DNA from: an uncultured Bacillales bacterium
Lineage (GTDB): Bacteria; Bacillota_I; Bacilli_A; RFN20; CAG-826
Reading direction: 5' to 3'
DNA length: 64,000 nucleotides
Assembly (NCBI GenBank): GCA_946403545.1
Contig: CAMJAG010000001.1
Coordinates: 872-64,871 of the forward strand
The notes below the pieces were generated by a model. That model searched no databases and was not told where the DNA came from. It saw only the letters and a program-made list of their open reading frames with translations. The first letter of the stretch is position 1, and every line of letters starts with the position of its first letter. This document shows positions 27,903-36,631 of the stretch, one piece after another. Both the position numbers and the translations under genes were made by a program.

Positions 27903-29393
27903 TTAGTCTTCGTCTTTCTTATCGTTTTTCTCTTTTACTTCTTTTAAGACCTTTGGGCCAAGATATCCAAGGAGGAGAGATTTTAGATCGATTCCAAGAG
28001 TTTTATTTAATCCAGCGAAGATTTGATCACCGTGTTGTTGAATTTCTTCTACGAGTTTTGTTTCATTACCAGAACCGTACATTGTAATTCCATCAATTTG
28101 AGATAATGCACTTGCGATTGGTTCTGCATATGCTCTTACTGTTTCTGGTAAGACACCAGAGTCGAGAATGAGTTTTAATGTAGCAGCGTCATTGAAGAGT
28201 TTCATAGCTTCTGCTTTTTCTTTTGTAGCTTTAGCTTCTGCGTTACCTTTTGCTTCAATACCAGCAGCTTCTGCTAAAGCAGCTTGTTTATTAGCTTCAG
28301 CTTCGAGTTTGACAGCTTCTGCTGCTTTTTCTCTAGCAATTCTTTGAGCTTCTGCTTCAACTTTGACTTTTTCAGCTTTTCTTTGAGCTTCAAGAAGTTC
28401 TGCTTCTGCAGCTTTTTGTCTTCTATAAAGAGTTGCTTCAGCTTCTTTTTCAGCAGCGTATTTTTCAGCATCTGCTTTCTTGTTAATTTCTGCTGTTAAT
28501 TTCTTTTCTGTAAGTTCAACTTCTTTATTTCCAAGTTCAACTTCTCTTTCTCTCTTAGAAATTTCAGCGTTAACTGTTGCAGTGTTGATTTCTTCTTGTC
28601 TCTTTTGTTCTTGAATCTTGTATGCTGCATCTGCGTCTGCTCTTGCAGTATCAGTTTTAATCTTTAATTCAGCTTCTTTTAATGCGTATTCAGTATTCTT
28701 TTCAACAATGATTGTCTTAGAATTGACTTCTGCTTCATTTGCTTCTTGAGCAGCTTTTGCTCTTGCAATACTTACATCTCTATCAGCGTTTGCTTTAGCA
28801 ATTGCAGCTTCTTTTGAGATTTGAGCGATGTTATCAATACCTAAGTTTTCAATAACATGATTGCCATCTGAGAAGTTTTGAATGTTGAAGTTAACTAATT
28901 CCAAACCTAATTTAGACATATCTGGAATAACATTTTCTTTAACAGCTTCTGCAACACCTTTTCTATCTTGTACTAATTGACGAATGCCAACTGTACCAAT
29001 AATTTCACGCATGTTACCTTCAAGAACTTGTTTGACTTGTTCAATTAAGTCAGCTTTATTCATTCCTAAAGTTGCTTCGAATGCTCTTTCTAGTAATGCT
29101 GGATCACTAGAGATTTTTAAGTTTGCGACACCATCAACATTGATGTTAATGAATTCGTTTGTTGGAATTGATTCACGTGTTTTAATGTCAACTTGGAAGA
29201 CTTTGAGGGATAATCTATCCTTTCTTTGCAAGAAAGGTAATTTCCATCCTGCTCTTCCTCTTAATATTTTTCTTTTGCCTAAACCAGAGATCATGACTGC
29301 TTCATCTGGTCCTGCTTTAGTGTATGAGCAGAGAATAAAGATAAGTAATAATACTGCTACAACTACACCAATTACAACGAATGCTACCCACAT
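27903..29393 (-). CDS. flotillin (SPFH domain, FloT/YuaG-like)
   Basis: TM anchor, SPFH core and a long Ala/Glu/Lys coiled coil. The ORF-track start is 29411. I prefer the ATG at 29393 (MWVAFVV...), which lies 8 nt after AAGGAGG. Confidence 0.8.
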   Translation of the reverse strand: MWVAFVVIGVVVAVLLLIFILCSYTKAGPDEAVMISGLGKRKILRGRAGWKLPFLQRKDRLSLKVFQVDIKTRESIPTNEFININVDGVANLKISSDPALLERAFEATLGMNKADLIEQVKQVLEGNMREIIGTVGIRQLVQDRKGVAEAVKENVIPDMSKLGLELVNFNIQNFSDGNHVIENLGIDNIAQISKEAAIAKANADRDVSIARAKAAQEANEAEVNSKTIIVEKNTEYALKEAELKIKTDTARADADAAYKIQEQKRQEEINTATVNAEISKREREVELGNKEVELTEKKLTAEINKKADAEKYAAEKEAEATLYRRQKAAEAELLEAQRKAEKVKVEAEAQRIAREKAAEAVKLEAEANKQAALAEAAGIEAKGNAEAKATKEKAEAMKLFNDAATLKLILDSGVLPETVRAYAEPIASALSQIDGITMYGSGNETKLVEEIQQHGDQIFAGLNKTLGIDLKSLLLGYLGPKVLKEVKEKNDKKDED

Positions 29394-29410
29394 AATACTG
29401 TCCTCCTTCA

Positions 29411-29776
29411 TTACTTATTAATGTGTATAGTTAGTATGTTCTCAGCATCATTCCAAGAAGTTGAGAACTTGACTGGCTTATCACTAAGCTCAATCTTTAA
29501 TGCTTCAGATATCTTTTTCATAAGTCCTGTTGAAGATATCCTTGCATATGTTTTTTTAACGGAGATTTGATAAATTGCGTATTCATCCAAGTCACCGCTT
29601 TGGACCTTTTCTTTCGTTAGTGGACGAATCACAACATTCTTATTAACATCTAATCCAACTTGTATTCTATATGCATACTCGAATGGAACAGACGCAATAG
29701 TATTCAATGTAATATTCGTATTATAGAAAGAAGCGGTACCAATTTTTTCTTCTGAACTAAACCATTGAATTTCCAT
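29411..29776 (-). CDS. hypothetical protein co-transcribed with flotillin
   Basis: 121 aa. Its stop overlaps the first in-frame ATG of the flotillin ORF (TAATG). No motif recognised. Confidence 0.5.
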   Translation of the reverse strand: MEIQWFSSEEKIGTASFYNTNITLNTIASVPFEYAYRIQVGLDVNKNVVIRPLTKEKVQSGDLDEYAIYQISVKKTYARISSTGLMKKISEALKIELSDKPVKFSTSWNDAENILTIHINK

Positions 29777-29942
29777 TTTTTCTACCTCCTAACATACATA
29801 TAATACAATCGAATTTTCATTAATTCAAGAAAATTCAAAAAAATTTTTACGTTTCCGAAATAGAACAAATAAATTCACATTATTGCGGTAGTTTTGGTTT
29901 GAATTACACACCTTAAAAATCATAACATTTTTTGAATATAGG

Positions 29943-29968
29943 AAAAAGAAAAAAGCCAACGAGTGGCT
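29943..29968 (-). terminator. intrinsic terminator after yoeB
   Basis: AGCCA (29954-29958) pairs with TGGCT (29964-29968), followed by a U-run on the minus strand. Confidence 0.55.
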
Positions 29969-29973
29969 ATTTC

Positions 29974-30231
29974 TTATTCATAATGGGTCCACATACGAAT
30001 TATAACTACTGTGTTTTCATCTTTTCTAACCTCATAAATCAGTCTGTGTTGGACATTGATTCTACGTGAATAGACATTTTCAAAACCTACTAGTTTTTCA
30101 TATGATGGTGGCGTTTCAAACGGATTTTTTGATAGAAGTTCGATTAAAGCTTTTACTTTCTCTATTAATTTAGGATATTGTTTTAGTTTTTCGTAATCTT
30201 TAAAACATTGTTTACTAAAAACTATTTCCAT
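29974..30231 (-). CDS. yoeB: type II toxin, YoeB/Txe family mRNA interferase
   Basis: 85 aa. RRINVQHRLIYEV...VVIIRMWTHYE at the C-terminus is typical of YoeB. Overlaps the antitoxin gene by 10 nt. Confidence 0.8.
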   Translation of the reverse strand: MEIVFSKQCFKDYEKLKQYPKLIEKVKALIELLSKNPFETPPSYEKLVGFENVYSRRINVQHRLIYEVRKDENTVVIIRMWTHYE

Positions 30232-30467
30232 GGAGGTTCTTTTGAAAAATCAGAAGTTGGAGTTTTAACAGCTTCCTCAATGTCTTCGTAAACACCTTTG
30301 ATACCCGCCAAATAGAGAGATTCAATTAAACTATTATATTCATCCGCACTGAGAAGAATAACACTACCTTCTTTTGTGCTGATATTAACTGTATCGTTAT
30401 ATCTAATGCACGAAGAAGCAAGCTTGTAAAGTTCATCTCTAGCTTTGCTAATATTTAAATTAATCAT
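30222..30467 (-). CDS. yefM: type II antitoxin, Phd/YefM family
   Basis: 81 aa. The N-terminus ISKARDELYKL...VILLSADEYNSLIESL is typical of YefM/Axe. Confidence 0.8.
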   Translation of the reverse strand: MINLNISKARDELYKLASSCIRYNDTVNISTKEGSVILLSADEYNSLIESLYLAGIKGVYEDIEEAVKTPTSDFSKEPPWK

Positions 30468-30494
30468 AGAATTCTCCTTTCGTTTATATTATAT

Positions 30495-30512
30495 CGTACG
30501 CAATTTCGTACG
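30495..30512. promoter_or_regulatory. candidate yefM-yoeB operator: two CGTACG palindromes 12 bp apart centre to centre
   Basis: CGTACG at 30495-30500 and 30507-30512, about 30 nt upstream of the antitoxin start. Confidence 0.45.
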
Positions 30513-30611
30513 TAAAGACTAAATCATTAAATAACTTAATAGTGTTGTTTTTTTCTTTTCTTTGTGTGATTATGGAGTTGTCTAAAAAACATAAATAAGG
30601 AGTTATTTATA

Positions 30612-31625
30612 ATGAAAAAAGGTTTAATTTTAACCACCACATTTGCTGCATTAGCATTAGTTTTAGCAGCGTGTGGTGAATCTGCATCAAAGCCTGCTGC
30701 TACATCTACTAAAGTAACAAGTGTTGCAACAAGCAAAGAATCTACACCTCAAAAGAGTGTTACAGTTACTTCTATCGCTTTAGGTAATGAAGGAAACAAA
30801 GCTTACATTACAGTTAGAGGTACACAAGAAAACTACACCGCTGAAGAATTCAAATGGGCGTGGGGTTTAATGGATCAAAATGGTACATTTGATGATGGTA
30901 AAGAAACTCCATCTAATGATGACTACAAGCCATTAACATTCAATGCTGCTAATAATCAATTCACAGCAAAATATTGTTTAACTGATATCACTACTTTAGT
31001 AGCAGGTAAACTTTATCGTATCTATGGTGGTACACCAGAATCATATGGAGATATCCAATTTGAATCTAACCAATTTGGTGCTCATGATGAAACTAGAAAC
31101 TACTACCTAAGGCAAGATCAAAACAATGCATTAACATTTGATAACATTCAACCAATTACTTACACAAAAGCAACAGTTGTTGAAGTTACTGCTCAAAATG
31201 CTCCTACAGGCGTAACACAAATGGGTGCATATGTTAAATTCGGTGGAGCAAATTCAAAGAATTTAACAATGGAAACAATTAATGGATGGCATGATGCAGG
31301 TCATATCGCAGGTAACTTCCAAAGAGTTATTGGTGGTGAATACTTATTACACGCTCATGTAGACACTGAAAGATTCTGGGCAATCGAAGGTAACGAAGTT
31401 TATTTCTACCTCTATGTTGGATTTATCGTTGAAGGCGAAGGTTGGATGACACACTTTGATGTCGTCAGTGGCAACGAAAGTGCTGGCTTGAATTTAGACG
31501 CTACAATCAATGGCGTTAGCTACACAGTTAATGGTGAAACATATCAAGTATTCGCAGATTCAAGTAAGTCTGGTGAAGAAAACTATTGGGGTTGTTTAGG
31601 CGTTAAACGCGTAGCAGCTGCATAG
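30612..31625 (+). CDS. lipoprotein, function unknown
   Basis: SD AAGGAG, lipobox LAAC, Thr/Ser-rich linker. 337 aa. Confidence 0.65.
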   Translation: MKKGLILTTTFAALALVLAACGESASKPAATSTKVTSVATSKESTPQKSVTVTSIALGNEGNKAYITVRGTQENYTAEEFKWAWGLMDQNGTFDDGKETPSNDDYKPLTFNAANNQFTAKYCLTDITTLVAGKLYRIYGGTPESYGDIQFESNQFGAHDETRNYYLRQDQNNALTFDNIQPITYTKATVVEVTAQNAPTGVTQMGAYVKFGGANSKNLTMETINGWHDAGHIAGNFQRVIGGEYLLHAHVDTERFWAIEGNEVYFYLYVGFIVEGEGWMTHFDVVSGNESAGLNLDATINGVSYTVNGETYQVFADSSKSGEENYWGCLGVKRVAAA

Positions 31626-31643
31626 TTGTTTACTCAAGAAAAC

Positions 31644-31675
31644 GAAGGCCATTTATTGGTCTTCTTTTCTTTTTG
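31644..31675 (+). terminator. intrinsic terminator after the lipoprotein gene
   Basis: 8-bp stem (31644-31651 with 31657-31664, one G-U pair) followed by TTTTCTTTTT. Confidence 0.6.
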
Positions 31676-31701
31676 CAAAACAAAAGGCCTAAAACGGCCT
31701 T
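31672..31701 (-). terminator. intrinsic terminator after tRNA-Ala
   Basis: AAGGCC (31684-31689) pairs with GGCCTT (31696-31701). A U-run follows on the minus strand. Confidence 0.5.
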
Positions 31702-31714
31702 AAGAAATATTTTT

Positions 31715-31790
31715 TGGTGGATCCGACGAGGATCGAACTCGCTACCTCATCGTTGCGAACGATGCGCTCTCCCAGATGAGCTACGGACCC
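31715..31790 (-). tRNA. tRNA-Ala, anticodon CGC, with encoded CCA
   Basis: Hand-folded 76-nt cloverleaf. Acceptor GGGTCCG/CGGATCC contains the G3:U70 Ala identity pair. Anticodon stem CATCG/CGATG with loop TTCGCAA. T-loop TTCGATC. 3' end ACCA. Confidence 0.9.
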
Positions 31791-31865
31791 ATTTATTTAG
31801 CAAATGTATTATAGACATTTTCTATAAAGAAAACCATCCAAGATTTTATTGGATGGCTTTTTCTT

Positions 31866-33113
31866 TTAGTCGTGTGGATTCGAATTAGGTTTATCAATAC
31901 CTTGAGCTTTCTTAAGCTCTGCTTTTCTTTCGTACATCAGTCTATCCGCACGAATGAATAAGTGAGTAATTGAGTTATCTTTATATTTCAAGAAATCTGC
32001 CATACCTGCAGCAATAACAGGTCCACCATTAACGACATTTTTATCAATAATATCATTGAATTTCCTTATTAAAACCTCTCTATTTGTGAAATCTTCACCT
32101 TCAAGAATTACTGCAAATTCGTCTCCACCTACTCTATAAATATCACTATATTTATAGATTCCTTTGATGATTGTAACAGCGGATTTGATATATTCATCAC
32201 CTTTATCATGGCCATAAGTATCATTTATAGTCTTAAGATCATTTAAGTCAAAAACAACTAAACTGAATTCTCTTTGATTTCCATATCCAATTCTTGCATC
32301 AAACATAGTTTCAATTTCAATATAAGCGTGCTTACTTTTAACTCCTGTTAGTGGATCAGTCATCGCTAATAATTGAGCGTATTCTAATTCTTCTCGGTGT
32401 TTTTTATCTGCTGCAATTAGTGATTCAAGTTCTCTTCTATAACTCTTCTTTCCTGCTTCAAGAACGAATGTATGTAATAGACATGTACCTGCTAGGAAGG
32501 CTAAAGAGTATAGAGGCTGCAATGGATAGAAGTATTGGAAGATAGTTAATATTGTTAAAGCGCTAGAACATAAAGCAATTGCTAAATATCTAGGTTTTCT
32601 TTCGTCTTCATGGTTTTTTATCATGAAGTAGAAAGTATATAAAGCAGTTCCTAAGAAAATAAACGCTTGAACAATAAGTGATATATTTCTGCCCATATCT
32701 GTTTGATATGCAACTGCATCATCAAAGTGGAAGAAAATAGGCACAATTAAGTTAATGACTAAAAGTATTAAATGAGCGGTCAAGAACATCCAACTGAATA
32801 TCACTAATAAATTAGTGAAATGGTTCTTCTCTTTTAGATATTCAACTATATATCTTGCCCACATAAATACAGTTAAGCCCATAGCAACAAAGTAGACATA
32901 TGTATCAATGTATAAGGCTATCTTTAAATGGTTCATGTTTAAAATGCCCCATATACCATCGGTTAAGTAATATAAAAGAGTGCTGAGTAAAAAGAGTCTG
33001 TATATATTTCTAGCAGGGATTAAATCTTTTTGCCCTGATGGTTTCATGAATACATCAATATTAACAATGATAGTTACGAAAAAAGCAATTATACCCGCCA
33101 TTGAATATGCCAT
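31866..33113 (-). CDS. membrane-bound diguanylate cyclase (GGDEF)
   Basis: About six N-terminal TM segments. C-terminal GGDEF domain with an intact RVGGDEF active site. The position of the RxxD I-site reads KYSD. Confidence 0.8.
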   Translation of the reverse strand: MAYSMAGIIAFFVTIIVNIDVFMKPSGQKDLIPARNIYRLFLLSTLLYYLTDGIWGILNMNHLKIALYIDTYVYFVAMGLTVFMWARYIVEYLKEKNHFTNLLVIFSWMFLTAHLILLVINLIVPIFFHFDDAVAYQTDMGRNISLIVQAFIFLGTALYTFYFMIKNHEDERKPRYLAIALCSSALTILTIFQYFYPLQPLYSLAFLAGTCLLHTFVLEAGKKSYRRELESLIAADKKHREELEYAQLLAMTDPLTGVKSKHAYIEIETMFDARIGYGNQREFSLVVFDLNDLKTINDTYGHDKGDEYIKSAVTIIKGIYKYSDIYRVGGDEFAVILEGEDFTNREVLIRKFNDIIDKNVVNGGPVIAAGMADFLKYKDNSITHLFIRADRLMYERKAELKKAQGIDKPNSNPHD

Positions 33114-33289
33114 ATAATCACTTAACTCCTTTCTTGTTCAAAATCTCCTAGTTTTAACAACTTAAATAATAAGTAATGTCGATTTAAAGAAACACTAAAA
33201 CAAAGACTATAAACACTTTGATAAAGCAATTCTTATATATATTCTTCTATGTAATTAGTATAAACCATATGCACGCATATTAAAGGAAA

Positions 33290-33330
33290 AATAAGAAAAA
33301 TTACTCCCTAATTGCATATTTGAGGAGTAA
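33290..33330 (-). terminator. intrinsic terminator after the MazG-like gene
   Basis: TTACTCC (33301-33307) pairs with GGAGTAA (33324-33330). A U-run follows on the minus strand. Confidence 0.5.
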
Positions 33331-33358
33331 TTTTACTTAGTTATACTATATATCTTAA

Positions 33359-33682
33359 TTACTTAAGTTTTGTGTATTTATCGGACTTTCCTTTAGATTT
33401 GCTTACTGGATATTTAGCCTCATTTTGATCCATCTTAGCATTTATAATTTCATCTTCATCAAGGTTTAATTTATCTAAAAGGTTTTGACAATAAGTTAAA
33501 ACATCCGCTAACTCTTCTTTGACTTCATTGATGTCAAAGTTTTCTTCATCCCATTGAAAACATTCTAATAATTCATTAGCTTCAATAGAGATAGATTTAG
33601 CTAGATTAGCAGGACTATGGAACTTGTCCCAATCTCTATCTTCTGTAAATTTTCTAATCCTATCTTTTGTTTCTTGTTTCAT
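33359..33682 (-). CDS. MazG-like nucleotide pyrophosphohydrolase
   Basis: 107 aa. All-alpha NTP-PPase pattern: RDWDKFHSP.NLAKSISIEANELLE...EELADVLTY. Confidence 0.7.
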   Translation of the reverse strand: MKQETKDRIRKFTEDRDWDKFHSPANLAKSISIEANELLECFQWDEENFDINEVKEELADVLTYCQNLLDKLNLDEDEIINAKMDQNEAKYPVSKSKGKSDKYTKLK

Positions 33683-33685
33683 AAT

Positions 33686-34234
33686 TCATCTTTCAATTTC
33701 GTAAATATCTTCAATTTCTCCTACAAACATATAAGAGAATTGATTAGGAGCGTTATAAACAGCATCTGCTACTGATTTATCTAAGAAATTATCTCTTTGT
33801 ATTTGCTGTTTATAAAGCACTTTACATACGATTACATATTTTCCTTCTTCAAATGTTACATCGTTATCATTCAATTCCAAAATATGTAATCCGGATTTTT
33901 CTATTTTATCAGGTACATCGTTAGCGGAAACTGTACCCAAATACATTAATTCTTTTTGATGTCCTTCAAAGAAGGTCATAGTGAATCTACCTGCTTTATC
34001 AATAATAGGTAATGTATGTCTTATTGGTCTAATGTATATAGTCATAGTTTTCTTTTTCCATACATTACCAAAAGCACCCCAAGCACATGTTAATGTACCT
34101 ATTTCGTTATCCGCTTTCGCAGTGCATAAGAAAGGAGTCTCTCTTTGCATCGCTACAACAGGATCTATAAGTTTAGATATATCCTTAGGGTCAATTCTAT
34201 TTAGTTTCATATTAGGATTCGTGAGTTTCCCCAA
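33686..34234 (-). CDS. flavin reductase-like (FMN-binding split-barrel) protein
   Basis: Pattern CAWGAFGNVW...TIYIRP...RFTMTFF...GTVSANDVPDKIEKSGL resembles flavin reductase-like domains. The ORF-track start at 34234 is a TTG. An ATG at 34210 is the alternative start. Confidence 0.5.
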   Translation of the reverse strand: MGKLTNPNMKLNRIDPKDISKLIDPVVAMQRETPFLCTAKADNEIGTLTCAWGAFGNVWKKKTMTIYIRPIRHTLPIIDKAGRFTMTFFEGHQKELMYLGTVSANDVPDKIEKSGLHILELNDNDVTFEEGKYVIVCKVLYKQQIQRDNFLDKSVADAVYNAPNQFSYMFVGEIEDIYEIER

Positions 34235-34964
34235 TTCTCTTTGATGGGTTTTTCATTATCTTTTTGGCAGTGATTACTTCTTTTTCTTTCTTAAGTTCAT
34301 TAATAAAGTAATCGAGAATTAATGGGTTTACGTTGTATGGGAAGTAAACCACTACTGTCATTTGTTTATCTCCAATTTGAGAGATATCAATATTCCTCAT
34401 ATTTAAAGAATTACGATCACAAACCTCTTTAATTTTTTCTAAAGCTGGATAGTCTTTTTGAACTTCCACGACTACATGAGGAGCGTGAGTATCAACAGTA
34501 ACAATGATTCTATTTCTAATAAAGACTAATAATAACGTAATTAATGTAGCGATAACTGCTTCTAATACAAATCCTGCACCAACTGCCAAACCAACGCCTG
34601 CACAAATCCATAAGGTAGTAGCGGTACTTAAACCCTTAACTGTAAATTTATCTTTGATAATAACGCCAGCGCCTAAGAAACCAATACCGGTAATAGTACC
34701 AGCAGCGATACGAGAAATATCATAATTTCCGCCAGGAACTGCAAGTTTTATTCCCCAGAGAGAAATAATCATAAATATTGAACATCCAATAGATAGTAAA
34801 GCGTGAGTACGCATACCAGCATTCTCACCTTTTCTATACCTTTCAAGTCCTATAAGAGCACTTAAAACTCCAGAAATTAGTAAGGCTATGGTAATAAAAA
34901 TTAAGATGCCCCAACCATCAAACTTCTCTGTTAATGATAAAAACCACTTATCTACGATATTCAT
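34212..34964 (-). CDS. mgtC: MgtC/SapB family membrane protein
   Basis: LIGLERYRKGENAGMRTHALLSIG plus four or five TM segments and a C-terminal ACT-like domain. Confidence 0.75.
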   Translation of the reverse strand: MNIVDKWFLSLTEKFDGWGILIFITIALLISGVLSALIGLERYRKGENAGMRTHALLSIGCSIFMIISLWGIKLAVPGGNYDISRIAAGTITGIGFLGAGVIIKDKFTVKGLSTATTLWICAGVGLAVGAGFVLEAVIATLITLLLVFIRNRIIVTVDTHAPHVVVEVQKDYPALEKIKEVCDRNSLNMRNIDISQIGDKQMTVVVYFPYNVNPLILDYFINELKKEKEVITAKKIMKNPSKRIGETHES

Positions 34965-35068
34965 ATGTAATGCCTCTTTATTACGTAATATAAAATTATC
35001 ATATTTTTAACATTTATAGATATAACTTTATTGGTTATTAAAAGAAAAACCATGCAAATCCTGCACGG

Positions 35069-36172
35069 TTATTCATTATCTTCATTGTTTTGGCTTTTCT
35101 TTTCTTGTTCAATTTCTTGTCTGATTATGTATTTTTGTTCTTGTCTTTTATTTCCTACAAAGACAGTATTTTGAAGCACTTTTGCAAATGCATAATGACA
35201 AACCATTAAGTTAACTACATAGATTGGAATAAATAAGAATATGAAAAGAACTGTATTTAGTTCCGCTAATTGGTTGAAGAATTGGAATTCTGGTCTTCCC
35301 CAAACAAGTTCTCCCGTTCTCATAAGTGCGATTAATATAAATGGCAAGATAAGAAGAACTGGGTAATACCATTTTTTAAAAGCTTTAGATGTAATTGAAA
35401 GAATTATAAAAACGATAAATGAAGCAAATACTGATCCCATCAAGAACCAGTTAATAATTTGTTTATCTGTTCCTGGATTAGCAATGAACATCAAGCAAGC
35501 GATTGGTAACCAAGCAACTGCTTCAAAGTATGAAATCATCATTGTTCTACTTCTTTTAATGTATTCTAATTCAAATAATTTTTCTTTATTAATAAAGTTT
35601 TCGAAGAAAAGCTTTTCTTGGACAGTATCGTCTTCTCTCATTCTGCTTAAATTAGAAAGGCACTTTAAATGTGTTGAAGTTGCAAAAGCAAGAAGAACTA
35701 AGAATATTGCAATGCTTGCAAGAGGCATATACAAGAATGTGTATCCCATTATTCCAAAAGATTCGGAATCATATACAAAAACCACGTTAAAATAGGCCCA
35801 AACCGCAATTCCTATTTCATATAAAAGGAATAAACCCGTGAAAATATAGACAATAATCATCGATTTCATAAATTGATGATATTCTTGCAAGAAGTGTGTT
35901 TTGATAAAGTAAAATATTTGACCTGCTACGCAAATCATTGCGATAACAAAAGCCACTATTCTTACTGGATGCTCGAATCCAATACCTAGAACTGAGAAAA
36001 TTAATGTAACAAAAAATGATAAGCCGTAAATATTAAAAATGCTGGTAACAAAACTCTTTCTAAGCTTTTGATTTTTAATACTTTGAATTTTATCTATATT
36101 AACATAGATGTTTTTGTTATCATTATCAGGAACAATCATATAATTTCTCTCTCTTTGGCAAAAATTATACAT
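35069..36172 (-). CDS. hypothetical polytopic membrane protein
   Basis: 367 aa with about nine hydrophobic segments and a charged C-terminal tail. Confidence 0.5.
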   Translation of the reverse strand: MYNFCQRERNYMIVPDNDNKNIYVNIDKIQSIKNQKLRKSFVTSIFNIYGLSFFVTLIFSVLGIGFEHPVRIVAFVIAMICVAGQIFYFIKTHFLQEYHQFMKSMIIVYIFTGLFLLYEIGIAVWAYFNVVFVYDSESFGIMGYTFLYMPLASIAIFLVLLAFATSTHLKCLSNLSRMREDDTVQEKLFFENFINKEKLFELEYIKRSRTMMISYFEAVAWLPIACLMFIANPGTDKQIINWFLMGSVFASFIVFIILSITSKAFKKWYYPVLLILPFILIALMRTGELVWGRPEFQFFNQLAELNTVLFIFLFIPIYVVNLMVCHYAFAKVLQNTVFVGNKRQEQKYIIRQEIEQEKKSQNNEDNE

Positions 36173-36204
36173 AAAAATACATAAATATACAAATATTATT
36201 TTTA

Positions 36205-36231
36205 CAAATTAAAACCATGCTCCCAGCATGG
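36205..36231 (-). terminator. intrinsic terminator
   Basis: CCATGCT (36215-36221) pairs with AGCATGG (36225-36231). A U-run follows on the minus strand. Confidence 0.55.
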
Positions 36232-36240
36232 TCAATTTTA

Positions 36241-36630
36241 TTAAATTTCAACAGGTGCTTTAGTAAAGCTATATCTAGTTGCTTTAACATCTGTTAATTT
36301 GAATGTTACAAATCTTCCATCTCCTGCTTCATACAATCCTTTAGGACCTGTTTCATCATCAAGCATAGCTTGTTGAAGTTCTTTTCTATCATCCTCAACT
36401 AATGTAGCGGTTACTCGTAACCAATCAAAGTCAGGATACATGCCACAGAGTTCTACTTTTGGATTTGCTTTTACTTGTTTATAGAATTCTTTAAAGTTTC
36501 CTGAACAAATATAAGCTTCTCCTTCATATTCTAGGATGCTTCCAAAAGGTCTAACTCTTGGTTGATCTCCATCAATAGTAGAGATGTAGAACACTTTAAC
36601 TTGTTTTAATTCACTTACTAGTTTGTTCAT
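36241..36630 (-). CDS. pyridoxamine 5'-phosphate oxidase-family (general stress protein 26-like) protein
   Basis: FYISTIDGDQPRVRPFG pattern. I prefer the ATG at 36630 (MNKLVSEL), which lies 8 nt after GGAGG. The ORF-track start is 36645. Confidence 0.6.
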   Translation of the reverse strand: MNKLVSELKQVKVFYISTIDGDQPRVRPFGSILEYEGEAYICSGNFKEFYKQVKANPKVELCGMYPDFDWLRVTATLVEDDRKELQQAMLDDETGPKGLYEAGDGRFVTFKLTDVKATRYSFTKAPVEI

Positions 36631-36631
36631 A

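Noticed and set aside
28274-28499. Two small ORFs (65 and 71 aa) with repetitive K/E/L or F/S/C-rich sequence
   Set aside because: They are alternative-frame readings of the Ala/Glu/Lys coiled-coil region of the flotillin gene. The repetitiveness comes from that coiled coil.
30536-30736. 66-aa minus-strand ORF
   Set aside because: It lies antisense to the SD and signal peptide of the well-supported lipoprotein gene at 30612. It has no SD and looks like low-complexity sequence.
31673-31888. 71-aa plus-strand ORF in the track
   Set aside because: It runs antisense straight through the tRNA-Ala gene and the 3' end of the GGDEF gene, and it has no SD. It is an artefact of the open frame.
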